Below, piece after piece: positions 44,001 through 52,972 of a stretch of DNA of 64,000 nt. Origin of the DNA: a virus (Duplodnaviria; Caudoviricetes). The translations under genes were made by a program, and so were the position numbers. How positions within the stretch are numbered: position 1 is the first letter of the stretch; each line of letters starts with the position of its first letter. The stretch lies in IMG/VR virus record IMGVR_UViG_3300032092_000001; one strand, written 5' to 3'. Below the pieces are notes generated by a model. The model was not told the DNA's origin and ran no database searches. It saw only the letters and a list, made by a program, of their open reading frames with translations.

Positions 44001-45538
44001 ATGGTGATTATTTCTTTTCTGAAAATCAATTCTTACCATCAGGAGGTTCAGGTATAACATTTACGCAATACTATAGAAATGGTATCGGTGGATGGAACAC
44101 ATCTGCAACAACATTTGTTCAAGGTAATAACTTTGACAATAACGGAACGCTATCAGGACTTACAACTTCAGCGTATACAAAACACACATTATACGTGTTA
44201 GGTGATGGGGCGTATGAGAAATACTTCTTAGTATTAGGTCAAAATCAGTATACAACATTAGTTGAAGCTGAGAATGCCGACTTACCAACACCTCCAACGT
44301 ACTTTGATGATGCGGTTGTATCAATTGCCTCAATATACGTCCAACAAGGAGCTTCAAATATAATTGAATTTGAGGACATAAGACCAGTAATTGGATTTAA
44401 AGCAGGTGGAGTTAACGCATCTTCATTACACGCAAACTTATTAGGTTTAACTGCTGATGACCACAAACAATATTTGTTGGTTGATGGTAGTAGAAGTATG
44501 TCAGGTAGTTTAAATATGAGTGGTAATACAATTACCAACGCAGGAACTATCAATGGTGTGACGATTGAAACTCACGCAGCAAGACATAAGAGTGGAGGTT
44601 CAGACCCTGTGGGTACTGCAACACCTACGGCAAGTGCAATACCATACGCAGACGCATTTGGTAAATTGGATGGATGGATAACACCTATTACAATATCAGG
44701 TGGAACAGGTATTTCTACAGGTGGGACTTATCCAAATTTAAGTATATCTTTTACAGGTGGTACAATACCAAGTGCAACTAGATTTACAGGTGGTTTAAGT
44801 GCAAATACAATATCGGCAACAACATATCAAAATTTACCTTTTTCAGGTACAGTTATAAATTCGGGGACAACTACTAGTAATTTCATTCCAAAATGGACTG
44901 GTACTACTGCATTAACTAATAGTCAAATAAGAGATGATGGGACAAGTGTCGCAGTTGGTCAGGTACCAACTGCCGGGATTAAATTATGGGTTTACACCGC
45001 AGCAGCATCATCCTATGGTATTAGAGGGGATGGGACATCTGCTGGAATACAAGGACAAGGTGTGGGAACTGGTTATGGAGTTTTTGGTGGGGCGTCATCA
45101 TCTGTTGGGGTTTATGGTTCGTCTGTTGCGGATACGGGTACTAATATAGGTGTTCAAGGGGTAGCTGACATTCAGGATGGTGGAAGTCCCACAAATATAG
45201 GTGGTTTCTTCTCAGCTTTAAATGGAGGGTCTAATTACTCAATTCAATTACAAGATGGTTCAGAAGCAATAGGTTATGTTTTAGTATCAAAAACATCTGA
45301 CGGTAAAGCAAATTGGAGTGATACTTTAACAGGACTAACGAATGTTAGGTCAACAACAATATCAGCAACGACTTATCAAGGTAATGTTGTTACTCAAATA
45401 GTTGCGGGAACAAACGTGACAATATCCCCAACAAATGGTATTGGTGCAGTTACAATAAATGCATCAGGAGGTGGTGGTGGAGGTTCTACTAACTACGGAG
45501 CTATTTACACTACGGCAAATAACTTTAATCTTATATAA
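41087..45538 (+). CDS. Long tail fibre / tailspike-like protein (1483 aa), probable beta-helix segments
   Basis: MANEFNIKNG fibre-type start; two FxSI/GIxxAV pectin-lyase-like N-cap motifs; shares GGLTANTISATT/YQNLPFSG segments with the 35301 protein. Confidence 0.8.
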   Translation: MANEFNIKNGFITSGNSNVYANLNVSGGITATTISATTYTNLPTFSGGTLTGLTINGDLTVTGDTNISGVTTFNSAPVFNNLTNSTEINALVLDASGNVYLNSNFINTINGSTGISTSTVAGVTTITNTAPDQTVTITGGTNMQVSGTYPNFGVNFTGGTVTNPTNFTGGLTANTLNISTTPTTNTTDSSVLVRNSSTGNIESRNIKSLINANNTVTVGLDGSVGVDFNSIKDAVDSITASTSANTYSVQVAGGVYYEDPFTIPSWVSVVGESSVSTIIQANDGSQTLINLSDQSALFDCQVQGCTGTSVSAIVYSSSTTPQSSAISYVENVRFGANYTHAKVVAYGGANVIMQCSNVKYGGYPFTIGFYATNSGSGIGRMQLRNVTSTNGGITTTTGLIFAKADAASCGFVVNGCLLTKAVGAAAGTGFYVENGGFLRLTAVNFQRWSVGIDAPQVGAAPSIDATALNFENNTIDVNIAHSGATGKIQGTDNFLKTIINPDAPLYEVSQDPRQITVAKKGGDFSGITEAVSYLISSGNTSSTNRYIISVGPGKFEEEEIDLTSTPYVSIVGSDILQTVIIPKSGFESGYLFILGDSNELSFMTISGMTGSGGVGIFCRNTGGFSLVHKISMYDNDTHIAVQSSSLDTQFFGEYVDLNGDYNYGVSVISAGGSASANLENHYNFATGALGLPTIAYYAQGVDASINVTVGDNIGQSATDSACIVIEDGADLNISSININGWDYGIRNPNIGSGCTFDIDGISIVNSTIKDLRIDQQFTTGTIQGSLSHQKITNNAPGVYWQFLDHDDGELDVTRKISITFEDGTHTDTSTLIFQASTMGAMTGGTITSIGGLSAQTSSGYGYLQNPSSEIFQRIDWTNSVILLGANTNNYIYINSSSILSASNTIPNNTENIILGRVVTNASTIEFIDPSPQKAQHTSNLFSTFNRIALGPVYATGSLVTQNATAFRINVSNGDYFFSENQFLPSGGSGITFTQYYRNGIGGWNTSATTFVQGNNFDNNGTLSGLTTSAYTKHTLYVLGDGAYEKYFLVLGQNQYTTLVEAENADLPTPPTYFDDAVVSIASIYVQQGASNIIEFEDIRPVIGFKAGGVNASSLHANLLGLTADDHKQYLLVDGSRSMSGSLNMSGNTITNAGTINGVTIETHAARHKSGGSDPVGTATPTASAIPYADAFGKLDGWITPITISGGTGISTGGTYPNLSISFTGGTIPSATRFTGGLSANTISATTYQNLPFSGTVINSGTTTSNFIPKWTGTTALTNSQIRDDGTSVAVGQVPTAGIKLWVYTAAASSYGIRGDGTSAGIQGQGVGTGYGVFGGASSSVGVYGSSVADTGTNIGVQGVADIQDGGSPTNIGGFFSALNGGSNYSIQLQDGSEAIGYVLVSKTSDGKANWSDTLTGLTNVRSTTISATTYQGNVVTQIVAGTNVTISPTNGIGAVTINASGGGGGGSTNYGAIYTTANNFNLI

Positions 45539-45567
45539 AAAAATAAAAAATAATAAAATAATATAAA

Positions 45568-45984
45568 ATGCCAGCAAATACAACACCAATTTTTACATTA
45601 TCTCCTCAAATTGAATGGGGAAATACAATTACAACAGCGAACGCAACTACGGATTTAACAACAGGTACTGTTTACCCTGTATTCACAGGAGGAACAAATG
45701 GTAGTTATGTTCAAAAAATAAGATTTAGACATACAGGTTCAAACGCTTCGGCAACAGTTGCAAGGGTTTGGATTAATAATGGTTCAGCAACTACAACCGC
45801 AGCAAATAATGTATTATGGGACGAGATAACACTTGCAACAAATACACTATCTCAAACGGCGGCTTCGGTTAACTACGAATTACCATTAAACTTCGCAATA
45901 CCTGCCAACTATGTAATTTATGTGACAATAGGTACGGCAGCGGCTGGAGGTATTGACGCAACGGTTATAGGAGGAGATTACTAA
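45568..45984 (+). CDS. Tail-associated hypothetical protein (138 aa)
   Basis: ORF track; T/A-rich. Confidence 0.75.
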   Translation: MPANTTPIFTLSPQIEWGNTITTANATTDLTTGTVYPVFTGGTNGSYVQKIRFRHTGSNASATVARVWINNGSATTTAANNVLWDEITLATNTLSQTAASVNYELPLNFAIPANYVIYVTIGTAAAGGIDATVIGGDY

Positions 45985-46169
45985 TGATTTATCAAAAGAT
46001 ATTATTCACTTACGGTTCTCCAGTATCTGAAGGTTATATGGAGATAGATGAGACATCAGGAACATTGGCTAGGCTAATGGATTTAGATTGTAACACTTTA
46101 AATTTAGAACCACCATATGGTTACTACGTAACTGACCCTGAACCTCCTAAACCAAGCTGTATTCCATAA
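45984..46169 (+). CDS. Hypothetical protein (61 aa)
   Basis: Coupled to both neighbours. Confidence 0.65.
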   Translation: MIYQKILFTYGSPVSEGYMEIDETSGTLARLMDLDCNTLNLEPPYGYYVTDPEPPKPSCIP

Positions 46170-47065
46170 TGAGTTACGGTTCATTTGATTTACCAACAAA
46201 CCAATTAAAAACACAAGTTTTTTATCAGTCCACAACTTGGACAATACCTCAAGGTGCAACAATGTTACACATCGTATGTATTGGACCCGGTGGAGGTGGT
46301 GGTGGTGGATTTACAAATGCAACAGGTAACCCTCGTGGAGGAGGTGGAGGAGGTGGTTCAGGAGCAATCTCAACATTATTAATTAAAAGAATATTCCTTC
46401 CCGACGCATTAAACGTTGTGATTGGGGCTGGAGGAAATGGTGGTGGCGCAAATACCGCAGGAACAAACGCTACCCCATCATATGTAGAGTCAATTAGGTC
46501 AACTGGTCCTTCTGTACCAACACCAACCGATTTAACCGCATTACTATTAAGAGGTAATGGAGGCAATGGAGGAAACGCAGGAACCTCAGCTTCAGGTGGG
46601 GCGGGTGGAAGTGCTGGTGCGGGGTCAACCACCGCAGTTCAAGTATTAGATAAATTAGGTGTTTTTTCAACTATTGGAGGACAAGCAGGTGCAACAGGTG
46701 GTGCTCAGACAGGTGCTGCGGGGAATTCAAATACTTACGCAGGGACTGTTACAGGTGGAGCGGGTGGTGCGGGAATTAATACTTCAGTACAATCAACATT
46801 TGCAGGAGGTGCAATTAACGGAGCAGGTTTTGTTCCGACTATTCCAGGTGGAGTGTCTCCAACCTTTTCAGGTAATACAGGTATTCATTTATTAACCCCA
46901 TTCGCATCAACAGGTGGTTCAGGTGGAGCATCAAGTGATGGATTAGTTGGTGGATTTGGTGGTAATGGTAATATTGGTTGTGGTGGTGGAGGAGGAGGTG
47001 GTGGAACCACTGGTGGAACAGGTGGTCGTGGTGGTAATGGACTTGTAGTAATAAATTATTGGTAA
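46169..47065 (+). CDS. Glycine-rich tail-associated protein
   Basis: KTQVFY..TWTIP.G...GGGGGGG...GGNGLVVI. Confidence 0.8.
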   Translation: MSYGSFDLPTNQLKTQVFYQSTTWTIPQGATMLHIVCIGPGGGGGGGFTNATGNPRGGGGGGGSGAISTLLIKRIFLPDALNVVIGAGGNGGGANTAGTNATPSYVESIRSTGPSVPTPTDLTALLLRGNGGNGGNAGTSASGGAGGSAGAGSTTAVQVLDKLGVFSTIGGQAGATGGAQTGAAGNSNTYAGTVTGGAGGAGINTSVQSTFAGGAINGAGFVPTIPGGVSPTFSGNTGIHLLTPFASTGGSGGASSDGLVGGFGGNGNIGCGGGGGGGGTTGGTGGRGGNGLVVINYW

Positions 47066-47079
47066 AAATATAATATAAA

Positions 47080-47964
47080 ATGGATTACGTATTTAATCTT
47101 CCTGACTCATCATATAAAACTCAAGTGTTTTATGCTTCAGGTGAATGGAATAAACCTAACGGAATAACTATGATTGAAATCACTGCTATCGGTGCTGGAG
47201 GTGGTGGTGCCGGTGGAGCAACAAGAGCATCAGGTGCCGCGGGTGCCGGAGGTGGAGGTGGAGGTTCAGGAGCAATGACAAGGTTATTAATTCCCGCAAT
47301 TTTTATACCTAACACATTAATAGTCACAGTAGGTGCTGGAGGTAATGGTGGTGCGGCAGGCGCTGCGGGAACTGCGGGTGGTACAACAATAGTAGATTTA
47401 CCCGTATTAGGTAATGGCGTTGCAACAACAAGAGTAGTAGTTGCGAATGGCGGGACTCAAGGAGGTGCAGGTGTCACTGCGGGTGCGGGTGGAGCAGCAA
47501 CAACTCAAACTTCAAGTGTTTACTCAACTTTAGGAACATTCACATCAACCGCAGGTCAGACTGCAGGTGCGGGTAACGCAACAGGTGCTCCAACCGCTTT
47601 AGTATATGGTGCAACTGCGGGTGTTCCTGTGTGTGGTGGAGGTGGAGGAGCGGGTATCAACGCCGCGGCACCTGGTACTGCACAAGCAGGAGGTAATATC
47701 ACAGGTGCGGGTTTCGTCCCAACTAATCCAGGTGGAACAACTGCAATAGTTTCAGGAAATACAGGAATTTTTCTATTAGCCCCATTCGCGTCAGTAGGTG
47801 GTTCAGGTGGCGCTTCTAACTCAACAACTACAGGTGGATTTGGAGGTAACGGAAATATCGGTAGTGGTGGTGGAGGAGGAGGAGCAGGAACAAGTGGTAC
47901 CGGTGGTGTTGGAGGAACTGGTGGAAGAGGAGGAAACGGACTTTGTATAATTTCTTGTTGGTAA
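47080..47964 (+). CDS. Glycine-rich tail-associated protein (paralog of 46169-47065)
   Basis: Same KTQVFY, NITGAGFVPT and GGNGL motifs. Confidence 0.8.
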   Translation: MDYVFNLPDSSYKTQVFYASGEWNKPNGITMIEITAIGAGGGGAGGATRASGAAGAGGGGGGSGAMTRLLIPAIFIPNTLIVTVGAGGNGGAAGAAGTAGGTTIVDLPVLGNGVATTRVVVANGGTQGGAGVTAGAGGAATTQTSSVYSTLGTFTSTAGQTAGAGNATGAPTALVYGATAGVPVCGGGGGAGINAAAPGTAQAGGNITGAGFVPTNPGGTTAIVSGNTGIFLLAPFASVGGSGGASNSTTTGGFGGNGNIGSGGGGGGAGTSGTGGVGGTGGRGGNGLCIISCW

Positions 47965-48004
47965 TTCCAAATATTATTCTTACATTTGTGAAAAATAAAA
48001 ACAA

Positions 48005-48397
48005 ATGAAAAAATTTATCTTATCAACTCTTTTAGTAATCTCAACTTTACTAACCTTCTCACAAGACATTGCCTTTGCAAGAGCTCATCAATTCACTTTA
48101 GGTAAAAGAGATTTTTCAACCAATGAAATTGTTTGGAATGGAACACCTAACGATTGTAATATTCTAATTAAGCTAGAACAAACCAAAGTTACGATTTATA
48201 GTAACACGATTCAACAATACCGAGTAGTTTCCAAACTATCTGAAACTGAAGACGGAGTTCAGTATAGAATGTTAGATTCAAATGGAACTAATTGTAATTT
48301 TTATATGGGTCCAATTGCTAATAGTCCTTCCATTTTCATCGCCATTGAGTATAACGACTACTCTTGGATGTACTATTGTAAAGACGAAAGTAATTAA
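48005..48397 (+). CDS. Secreted hypothetical protein (130 aa)
   Basis: MKKFILSTLLVISTLLTFSQ Bacteroidota-style signal peptide; TACATTTG promoter-like motif upstream. Confidence 0.8.
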   Translation: MKKFILSTLLVISTLLTFSQDIAFARAHQFTLGKRDFSTNEIVWNGTPNDCNILIKLEQTKVTIYSNTIQQYRVVSKLSETEDGVQYRMLDSNGTNCNFYMGPIANSPSIFIAIEYNDYSWMYYCKDESN

Positions 48398-49311
48398 CCT
48401 CGTTTGTGTTTTACAAACAACTTAACGTAAAAATCAGCACTGTTAAACCCATAACCCCTAACTCTTAGGGGTTTTGTTGTATCTATAACTTCAGGTAATT
48501 TAAGACTTAAATCCCCTTTAGGATGTGGAACGTTGATTGATTCATTATTAAACTCATCAATCTTCATTTCATAGTTATATATTAAGTCGTTGTCGGATTT
48601 TTCAAATCCATTTTGAGGGACAATATTAATCTTTAGTATAGCATCGCCAAATATACCATCGTGATAATCACCCATACCTTGAGCTCTGATAAATTGTCCG
48701 TCAGTAATACCGTGAGGTAATTTAAAGTCAATTGTTTTAAATTCATCATTTCTACCATCTCCGTGACAAACATGACAAGTTGTTTTAAATGTAAAACCTC
48801 TACCTTGACAGCTATTACATGTTGTTCTCACAATATTTGCAAAAAATGAATTTCCAACTCTTTGGGTAATACTTCCTTGCCCATTACACGTATTACATGT
48901 TAATCTTTCTCCTCCCTGCCCATTACAAGGATTACAAGCAGTTTTCCTTGAGAAATTGATATTCATTTGTTTCTCGGTGAATGAATCAACAACTCCAACA
49001 GATATATTAATTATTTTATCAGGAGCTCTTCTTTGTCTTTGTTGATTACCCATATTACTGAAGAAACTACTGAATGCATCAAATGGGTCTCCTCCTGCGA
49101 AATTACCAAAAGGATTATTTCTTTGATTGTCATATTGAGCGCGTTTAGTTTCGTCCCCAATTGTTTCATAAGCTTCTGATATCTTTTTAAAGATTGTTTC
49201 ATCCCCACCTTTATCAGGGTGATGTTCTACCGCCTTTTTTCTGTAAGCCTTTTTAATTTCTTCTTGGGATGCGGTTTGATTAACACCTAAAATTTCGTAG
49301 TAATTTTCCAA
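48394..49311 (-). CDS. dnaJ: DnaJ-class co-chaperone
   Basis: YYEILGV...HHPDK J-domain; CxxCxGxG zinc-finger repeats; C-terminal domain. Confidence 0.92.
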   Translation of the reverse strand: MENYYEILGVNQTASQEEIKKAYRKKAVEHHPDKGGDETIFKKISEAYETIGDETKRAQYDNQRNNPFGNFAGGDPFDAFSSFFSNMGNQQRQRRAPDKIINISVGVVDSFTEKQMNINFSRKTACNPCNGQGGERLTCNTCNGQGSITQRVGNSFFANIVRTTCNSCQGRGFTFKTTCHVCHGDGRNDEFKTIDFKLPHGITDGQFIRAQGMGDYHDGIFGDAILKINIVPQNGFEKSDNDLIYNYEMKIDEFNNESINVPHPKGDLSLKLPEVIDTTKPLRVRGYGFNSADFYVKLFVKHKRG

Positions 49312-49348
49312 CTCTTTTTTATTTACAAAAGTTTATTAAATTTAAAAT

Positions 49349-49972
49349 ATGTTTCATATTATCGTTTTTAAGAATAATAAAAAAAAGAAAAAACTTAAAT
49401 CCTTCGTTAGAGAAAATTTGGCAGTTGATTATTATAATAAGTTAATTAAAAAATCAAATGATATAATTTTCGCAAAAAAATATGAGTCAGGATATGAGTG
49501 TAAATTTAATATTGCAATAATTACTGATAAATTTATTGAAGATAAAATTTACTACACAGATGAATATGGTAGAAACAAAACCATTGATTCCAAAATTGAC
49601 GATTTAAACTACATCTATAGAATTTCCCCTTACAATTTTGAAGAGGATATTTTTGACGTTCAAGAAAATAAAAGGATTACTTTATCTGAGTTTGAATCCT
49701 CGTATTTAAAAAAGGATAAGGTATATATGGTTTCAAAACTAAAAAATAAATTCATATTACAGGATGACGATAACTTTAAATTATTTAGTTTGAAAAATGA
49801 AAGTGATTCTGACAGACTGATGAATTTATTCCAAGAGATAAAATTAGGAACAAAATTAATAGTAGTTAAGGATGTTTCATCCCCTCAAAGAAAATACCTT
49901 TATAATATGTTAGTTGAACGTGGATATAATAAGAAATTCCTATACACCAGTTACACTACTTATCCAACATAA
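49349..49972 (+). CDS. Hypothetical protein (207 aa)
   Basis: ORF track. Confidence 0.8.
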   Translation: MFHIIVFKNNKKKKKLKSFVRENLAVDYYNKLIKKSNDIIFAKKYESGYECKFNIAIITDKFIEDKIYYTDEYGRNKTIDSKIDDLNYIYRISPYNFEEDIFDVQENKRITLSEFESSYLKKDKVYMVSKLKNKFILQDDDNFKLFSLKNESDSDRLMNLFQEIKLGTKLIVVKDVSSPQRKYLYNMLVERGYNKKFLYTSYTTYPT

Positions 49973-50177
49973 AAATAAAATCGGACCCTGAAATCTCAAT
50001 TTTAAATTCTTCCTTAGTATAGTCAGGTTTTTCTTCAACCATCATATATATTTCAGAAAAGTCGGGATTCTCCACTTGGAATACGATTGTCATTTTACCT
50101 TTAACCAATTCTTGCCCCGCATCGGCAATCATCGCTAATTTCGTTAGAAATTCAGTACCTTCTTTATTCTCTGCCAT
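49956..50177 (-). CDS. Hypothetical protein (73 aa)
   Basis: ORF track. Confidence 0.7.
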   Translation of the reverse strand: MAENKEGTEFLTKLAMIADAGQELVKGKMTIVFQVENPDFSEIYMMVEEKPDYTKEEFKIEISGSDFIFMLDK

Positions 50178-50335
50178 AGTGTTAGTTTTTTTGCAACAGG
50201 AAATAAATCTTCCTTTTTAACGCTTTTAATTTCTTTCAGGAATTTTGATTTTTCATTCTCTAAATCAATCTTGTCCCTCTTCTGCGATGATATCAGATAA
50301 TCCAGTTGTTTTTGCTGGCTCGTTATTTTTGACAT
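50144..50335 (-). CDS. Hypothetical protein (63 aa)
   Basis: ORF track. Confidence 0.6.
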   Translation of the reverse strand: MSKITSQQKQLDYLISSQKRDKIDLENEKSKFLKEIKSVKKEDLFPVAKKLTLWQRIKKVLNF

Positions 50336-50720
50336 TTTCTAATTTTGTTGATTTTTCTCCGTTAATATTAAACTTTAAAACTTTCAAGTTATCTAAACTT
50401 TCCTTATCAAAAATTGTTTTTAATTCATTAATTTTAGACTCCAACAATCTCTCTTTAGCCTCTCTCTCTAAATTATAATTAATAATCCCCAATATATTTT
50501 TTTGCGTTGTTGATATCTCGTTTTCATTAAAGTCCGAAACAAAGGATAAAGATAGTTGTTCGTCAAAAATACCATTGTTAACAAACTTATCTTCAACAAT
50601 ATATTTTTTCAACACTTTCCATGATGTAGGGAATTTTATATCAAATACAATATAATTTTCCAATCTGCGAATACTATCAATATAGTTAATTAAGGGGGAA
50701 AGTTCTTTGTATATACTCAT
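50265..50720 (-). CDS. Hypothetical protein (151 aa)
   Basis: ORF track. Confidence 0.75.
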   Translation of the reverse strand: MSIYKELSPLINYIDSIRRLENYIVFDIKFPTSWKVLKKYIVEDKFVNNGIFDEQLSLSFVSDFNENEISTTQKNILGIINYNLEREAKERLLESKINELKTIFDKESLDNLKVLKFNINGEKSTKLENVKNNEPAKTTGLSDIIAEEGQD

Positions 50721-50908
50721 TAATTCTGTATTATAAATGTTATTATATATGAAATGGATAATAGTAGTAATAAAAGTTCCCCACTACTTAACCTCATGTG
50801 TTGAGGAGGTGTCTGTAGTAGGGCTCTTATAAAGATGAATAAAATTCTAGTATTATATAGAATACTCAATACAAATAAAAATATAAATATAGTAGTTGTA
50901 TTAAGCAT
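50720..50908 (-). CDS. Small two-TM membrane protein (62 aa)
   Basis: Two hydrophobic segments. Confidence 0.65.
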   Translation of the reverse strand: MLNTTTIFIFLFVLSILYNTRILFIFIRALLQTPPQHMRLSSGELLLLLLSISYIITFIIQN

Positions 50909-51077
50909 CTTGTTTTCTTGAATCTAGAATTTCACCTCTGAATTGCTGTAGTAATGATTTCAATTCCTGAGCAGTTTTTCTAGCACGTGTTCCCGCACTT
51001 TTGTTTCCATTGTAAAACTTACCAGCATCAATTGAAAGTGATTCAGTTAATTCCTTGATTTTTTCTACTGTTTCCAT
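50901..51077 (-). CDS. Histone H1-like (Hc1-family) small basic protein, 58 aa
   Basis: Hand-translated METVEKIKELTESLSIDAGKFYNGNKSAGTRARKTAQELKSLLQQFRGEILESRKQDA; GNKxAGTRARK is the Bacteroidota Hc1-like signature. Confidence 0.8.
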   Translation of the reverse strand: METVEKIKELTESLSIDAGKFYNGNKSAGTRARKTAQELKSLLQQFRGEILDSRKQDA

Positions 51078-51130
51078 GTTACTAAAATATAATAAATGTT
51101 TATTTCAATATCAAGATAGTCATTTATCTT

Positions 51131-51604
51131 TTATTGTAAATTTACTTTCATGTTTTTTTCCAAAGTTTTGTATAGGGTGGTTAACAAATCCAAATCCGAT
51201 TTTGTAAACATGGTTTCAATATTGAATACCTCTTCAAAAAATTTAATCAACGACATTTTAATTTCTTTAGATTTTTGTAAGTAAAATGTTTCATATAGAA
51301 AACCTTTAATGAAGTCATAGTGGTCCCCATCAGGTTCAAAAATTATCTTCTCCTTTCTAAAACTTTCAAGTGTTTTTTTCCAACACCATTCAAAGTGTTT
51401 TAAATTATCTTCTTCAGTTAGTCGTATATTAGTTTCATTACCTTCTTCTTCACCTAAATAAGTTTCATATATTAAGTTTAATAACGAAATCATGAAATCC
51501 TTATATAGTTCTAATTTAATAAAACAAATATTGTTTGAGTCTACCCAAAACTCAAATTCGTCCGAATTAACCGGCTTAGATATATATGAAAAAAAATTCT
51601 CCAT
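51131..51604 (-). CDS. Hypothetical protein (157 aa)
   Basis: ORF track. Confidence 0.8.
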   Translation of the reverse strand: MENFFSYISKPVNSDEFEFWVDSNNICFIKLELYKDFMISLLNLIYETYLGEEEGNETNIRLTEEDNLKHFEWCWKKTLESFRKEKIIFEPDGDHYDFIKGFLYETFYLQKSKEIKMSLIKFFEEVFNIETMFTKSDLDLLTTLYKTLEKNMKVNLQ

Positions 51605-51649
51605 AGGGAACTATGGAGAATAATAATTAATAATCAGTAATTGTAACTA

Positions 51650-52948
51650 TTATTGAGTTTTTTGGCGATAAGTAATTAAATTTTTCATTTTACTCATTTC
51701 CTCATTAATTAGATTTGTTTTTTCATTTTCAGATTCGCCTAACTTTGAAAACATTTTATCTAATTTACCTTCTTTCTTATCTTCCCCTGCAGTATCTACA
51801 GGTTGTTTCACTCTCTTATAACTTCTATCAACTTCTTTCTGATATAGGTTTTCTTTTCTTTTCTTATTGATTTTCTTACCTAAGTCAGTCTCAACAGCAT
51901 TTGCATATTTACCTGAGTTACCAGTCTTTTCAGAACCTTCAATATTCATTGACAACCATTCATCATTTGGTTCAATCTCATCATATTTTAAATTTTCCAT
52001 GCCAGGAGAATAAGCGAAGTTTTCAATATATTCTTCAACAGCGTCTGATGCTCTATAAGCCTTTTTAGACATCTCTCCTAATTCACCATTTCCTTTTGGG
52101 AAGTGTTTAGGATTCATTTCAAAATTTCCTTTTGAACCTGCCTTAACATACTCTTTCATTTTCTTTTCAACGTCTTTCAAAGCGTTAGAGTTAACTTGTG
52201 AATCTTGTTTGTGCACTTTGTCATAAGCAACTAACCCTTTAGCTTTACCACCCTTAACATTGTTTGTTATCTGTTCTTCAGTAACTATTGACTCAATCAT
52301 ATCAACTAACTCATTCTCAGTTAAATCAACAGTATGATTTTCAGATATTGCAACTCTATAAGTTACTGACTCCTCAAGTGTTTCAAAACCAAAATCATCT
52401 TCGTCTTCAACACTATAGTCTCTCTTTATGTATCTTCTAAGGTATTTTTCTAAAGTTTCTTTATCTTCATCTGATGGGTTCATTAGATTCATTCCACCGA
52501 AAGCCGGATGTGAATCTTCCATACCTCCTAAATCTTCATTAGCTTCAACTTTATAGGTTTTTCCATCAACCTCAAATGATGTTTTACCAGCCTTTTTAGC
52601 CTTTGCCAATTCACCTGTAAACTTATTACCTTCACCAATTTCTTTTTCTAATTGGGTTTCATTAATTTTTCTTATCATTTTATTAATCAATTTATTACTT
52701 AAAATTATTTTTTCACCGTCATTATTTTCAAACTTACCGCCATGAGGTACTTTACCTTTATAAACAACTCTTTTAGATTTATAGTCGTCAGATTTTTTAT
52801 AGTCATACTCTTGCCCAACTTCTAATTCAAAAGTGTCAATATCTTCATTAGTTTCAACTTTTTGCATAATTTTTTCAGTCAACTCATCAGCTTTACTTTG
52901 AATTGACTCATTTAAAATTCTATTGAAAAGTTCTTTACTATTTTTCAT
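51650..52948 (-). CDS. Charged hypothetical protein (432 aa), putative head/scaffold-associated
   Basis: ILNE N-terminal motif; GNKFTGELAKAKKAG..FEVDGKTY; TATTTAT upstream. Confidence 0.8.
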   Translation of the reverse strand: MKNSKELFNRILNESIQSKADELTEKIMQKVETNEDIDTFELEVGQEYDYKKSDDYKSKRVVYKGKVPHGGKFENNDGEKIILSNKLINKMIRKINETQLEKEIGEGNKFTGELAKAKKAGKTSFEVDGKTYKVEANEDLGGMEDSHPAFGGMNLMNPSDEDKETLEKYLRRYIKRDYSVEDEDDFGFETLEESVTYRVAISENHTVDLTENELVDMIESIVTEEQITNNVKGGKAKGLVAYDKVHKQDSQVNSNALKDVEKKMKEYVKAGSKGNFEMNPKHFPKGNGELGEMSKKAYRASDAVEEYIENFAYSPGMENLKYDEIEPNDEWLSMNIEGSEKTGNSGKYANAVETDLGKKINKKRKENLYQKEVDRSYKRVKQPVDTAGEDKKEGKLDKMFSKLGESENEKTNLINEEMSKMKNLITYRQKTQ

Positions 52949-52972
52949 GATATCAGTTTATAATAAATACTA

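Noticed and set aside
35301-47964. Diversity-generating retroelement acting on tail/LamG genes
   Set aside because: No reverse transcriptase in the window; repeats are coding paralogs with synonymous divergence, not an adenine-specific TR/VR pair.
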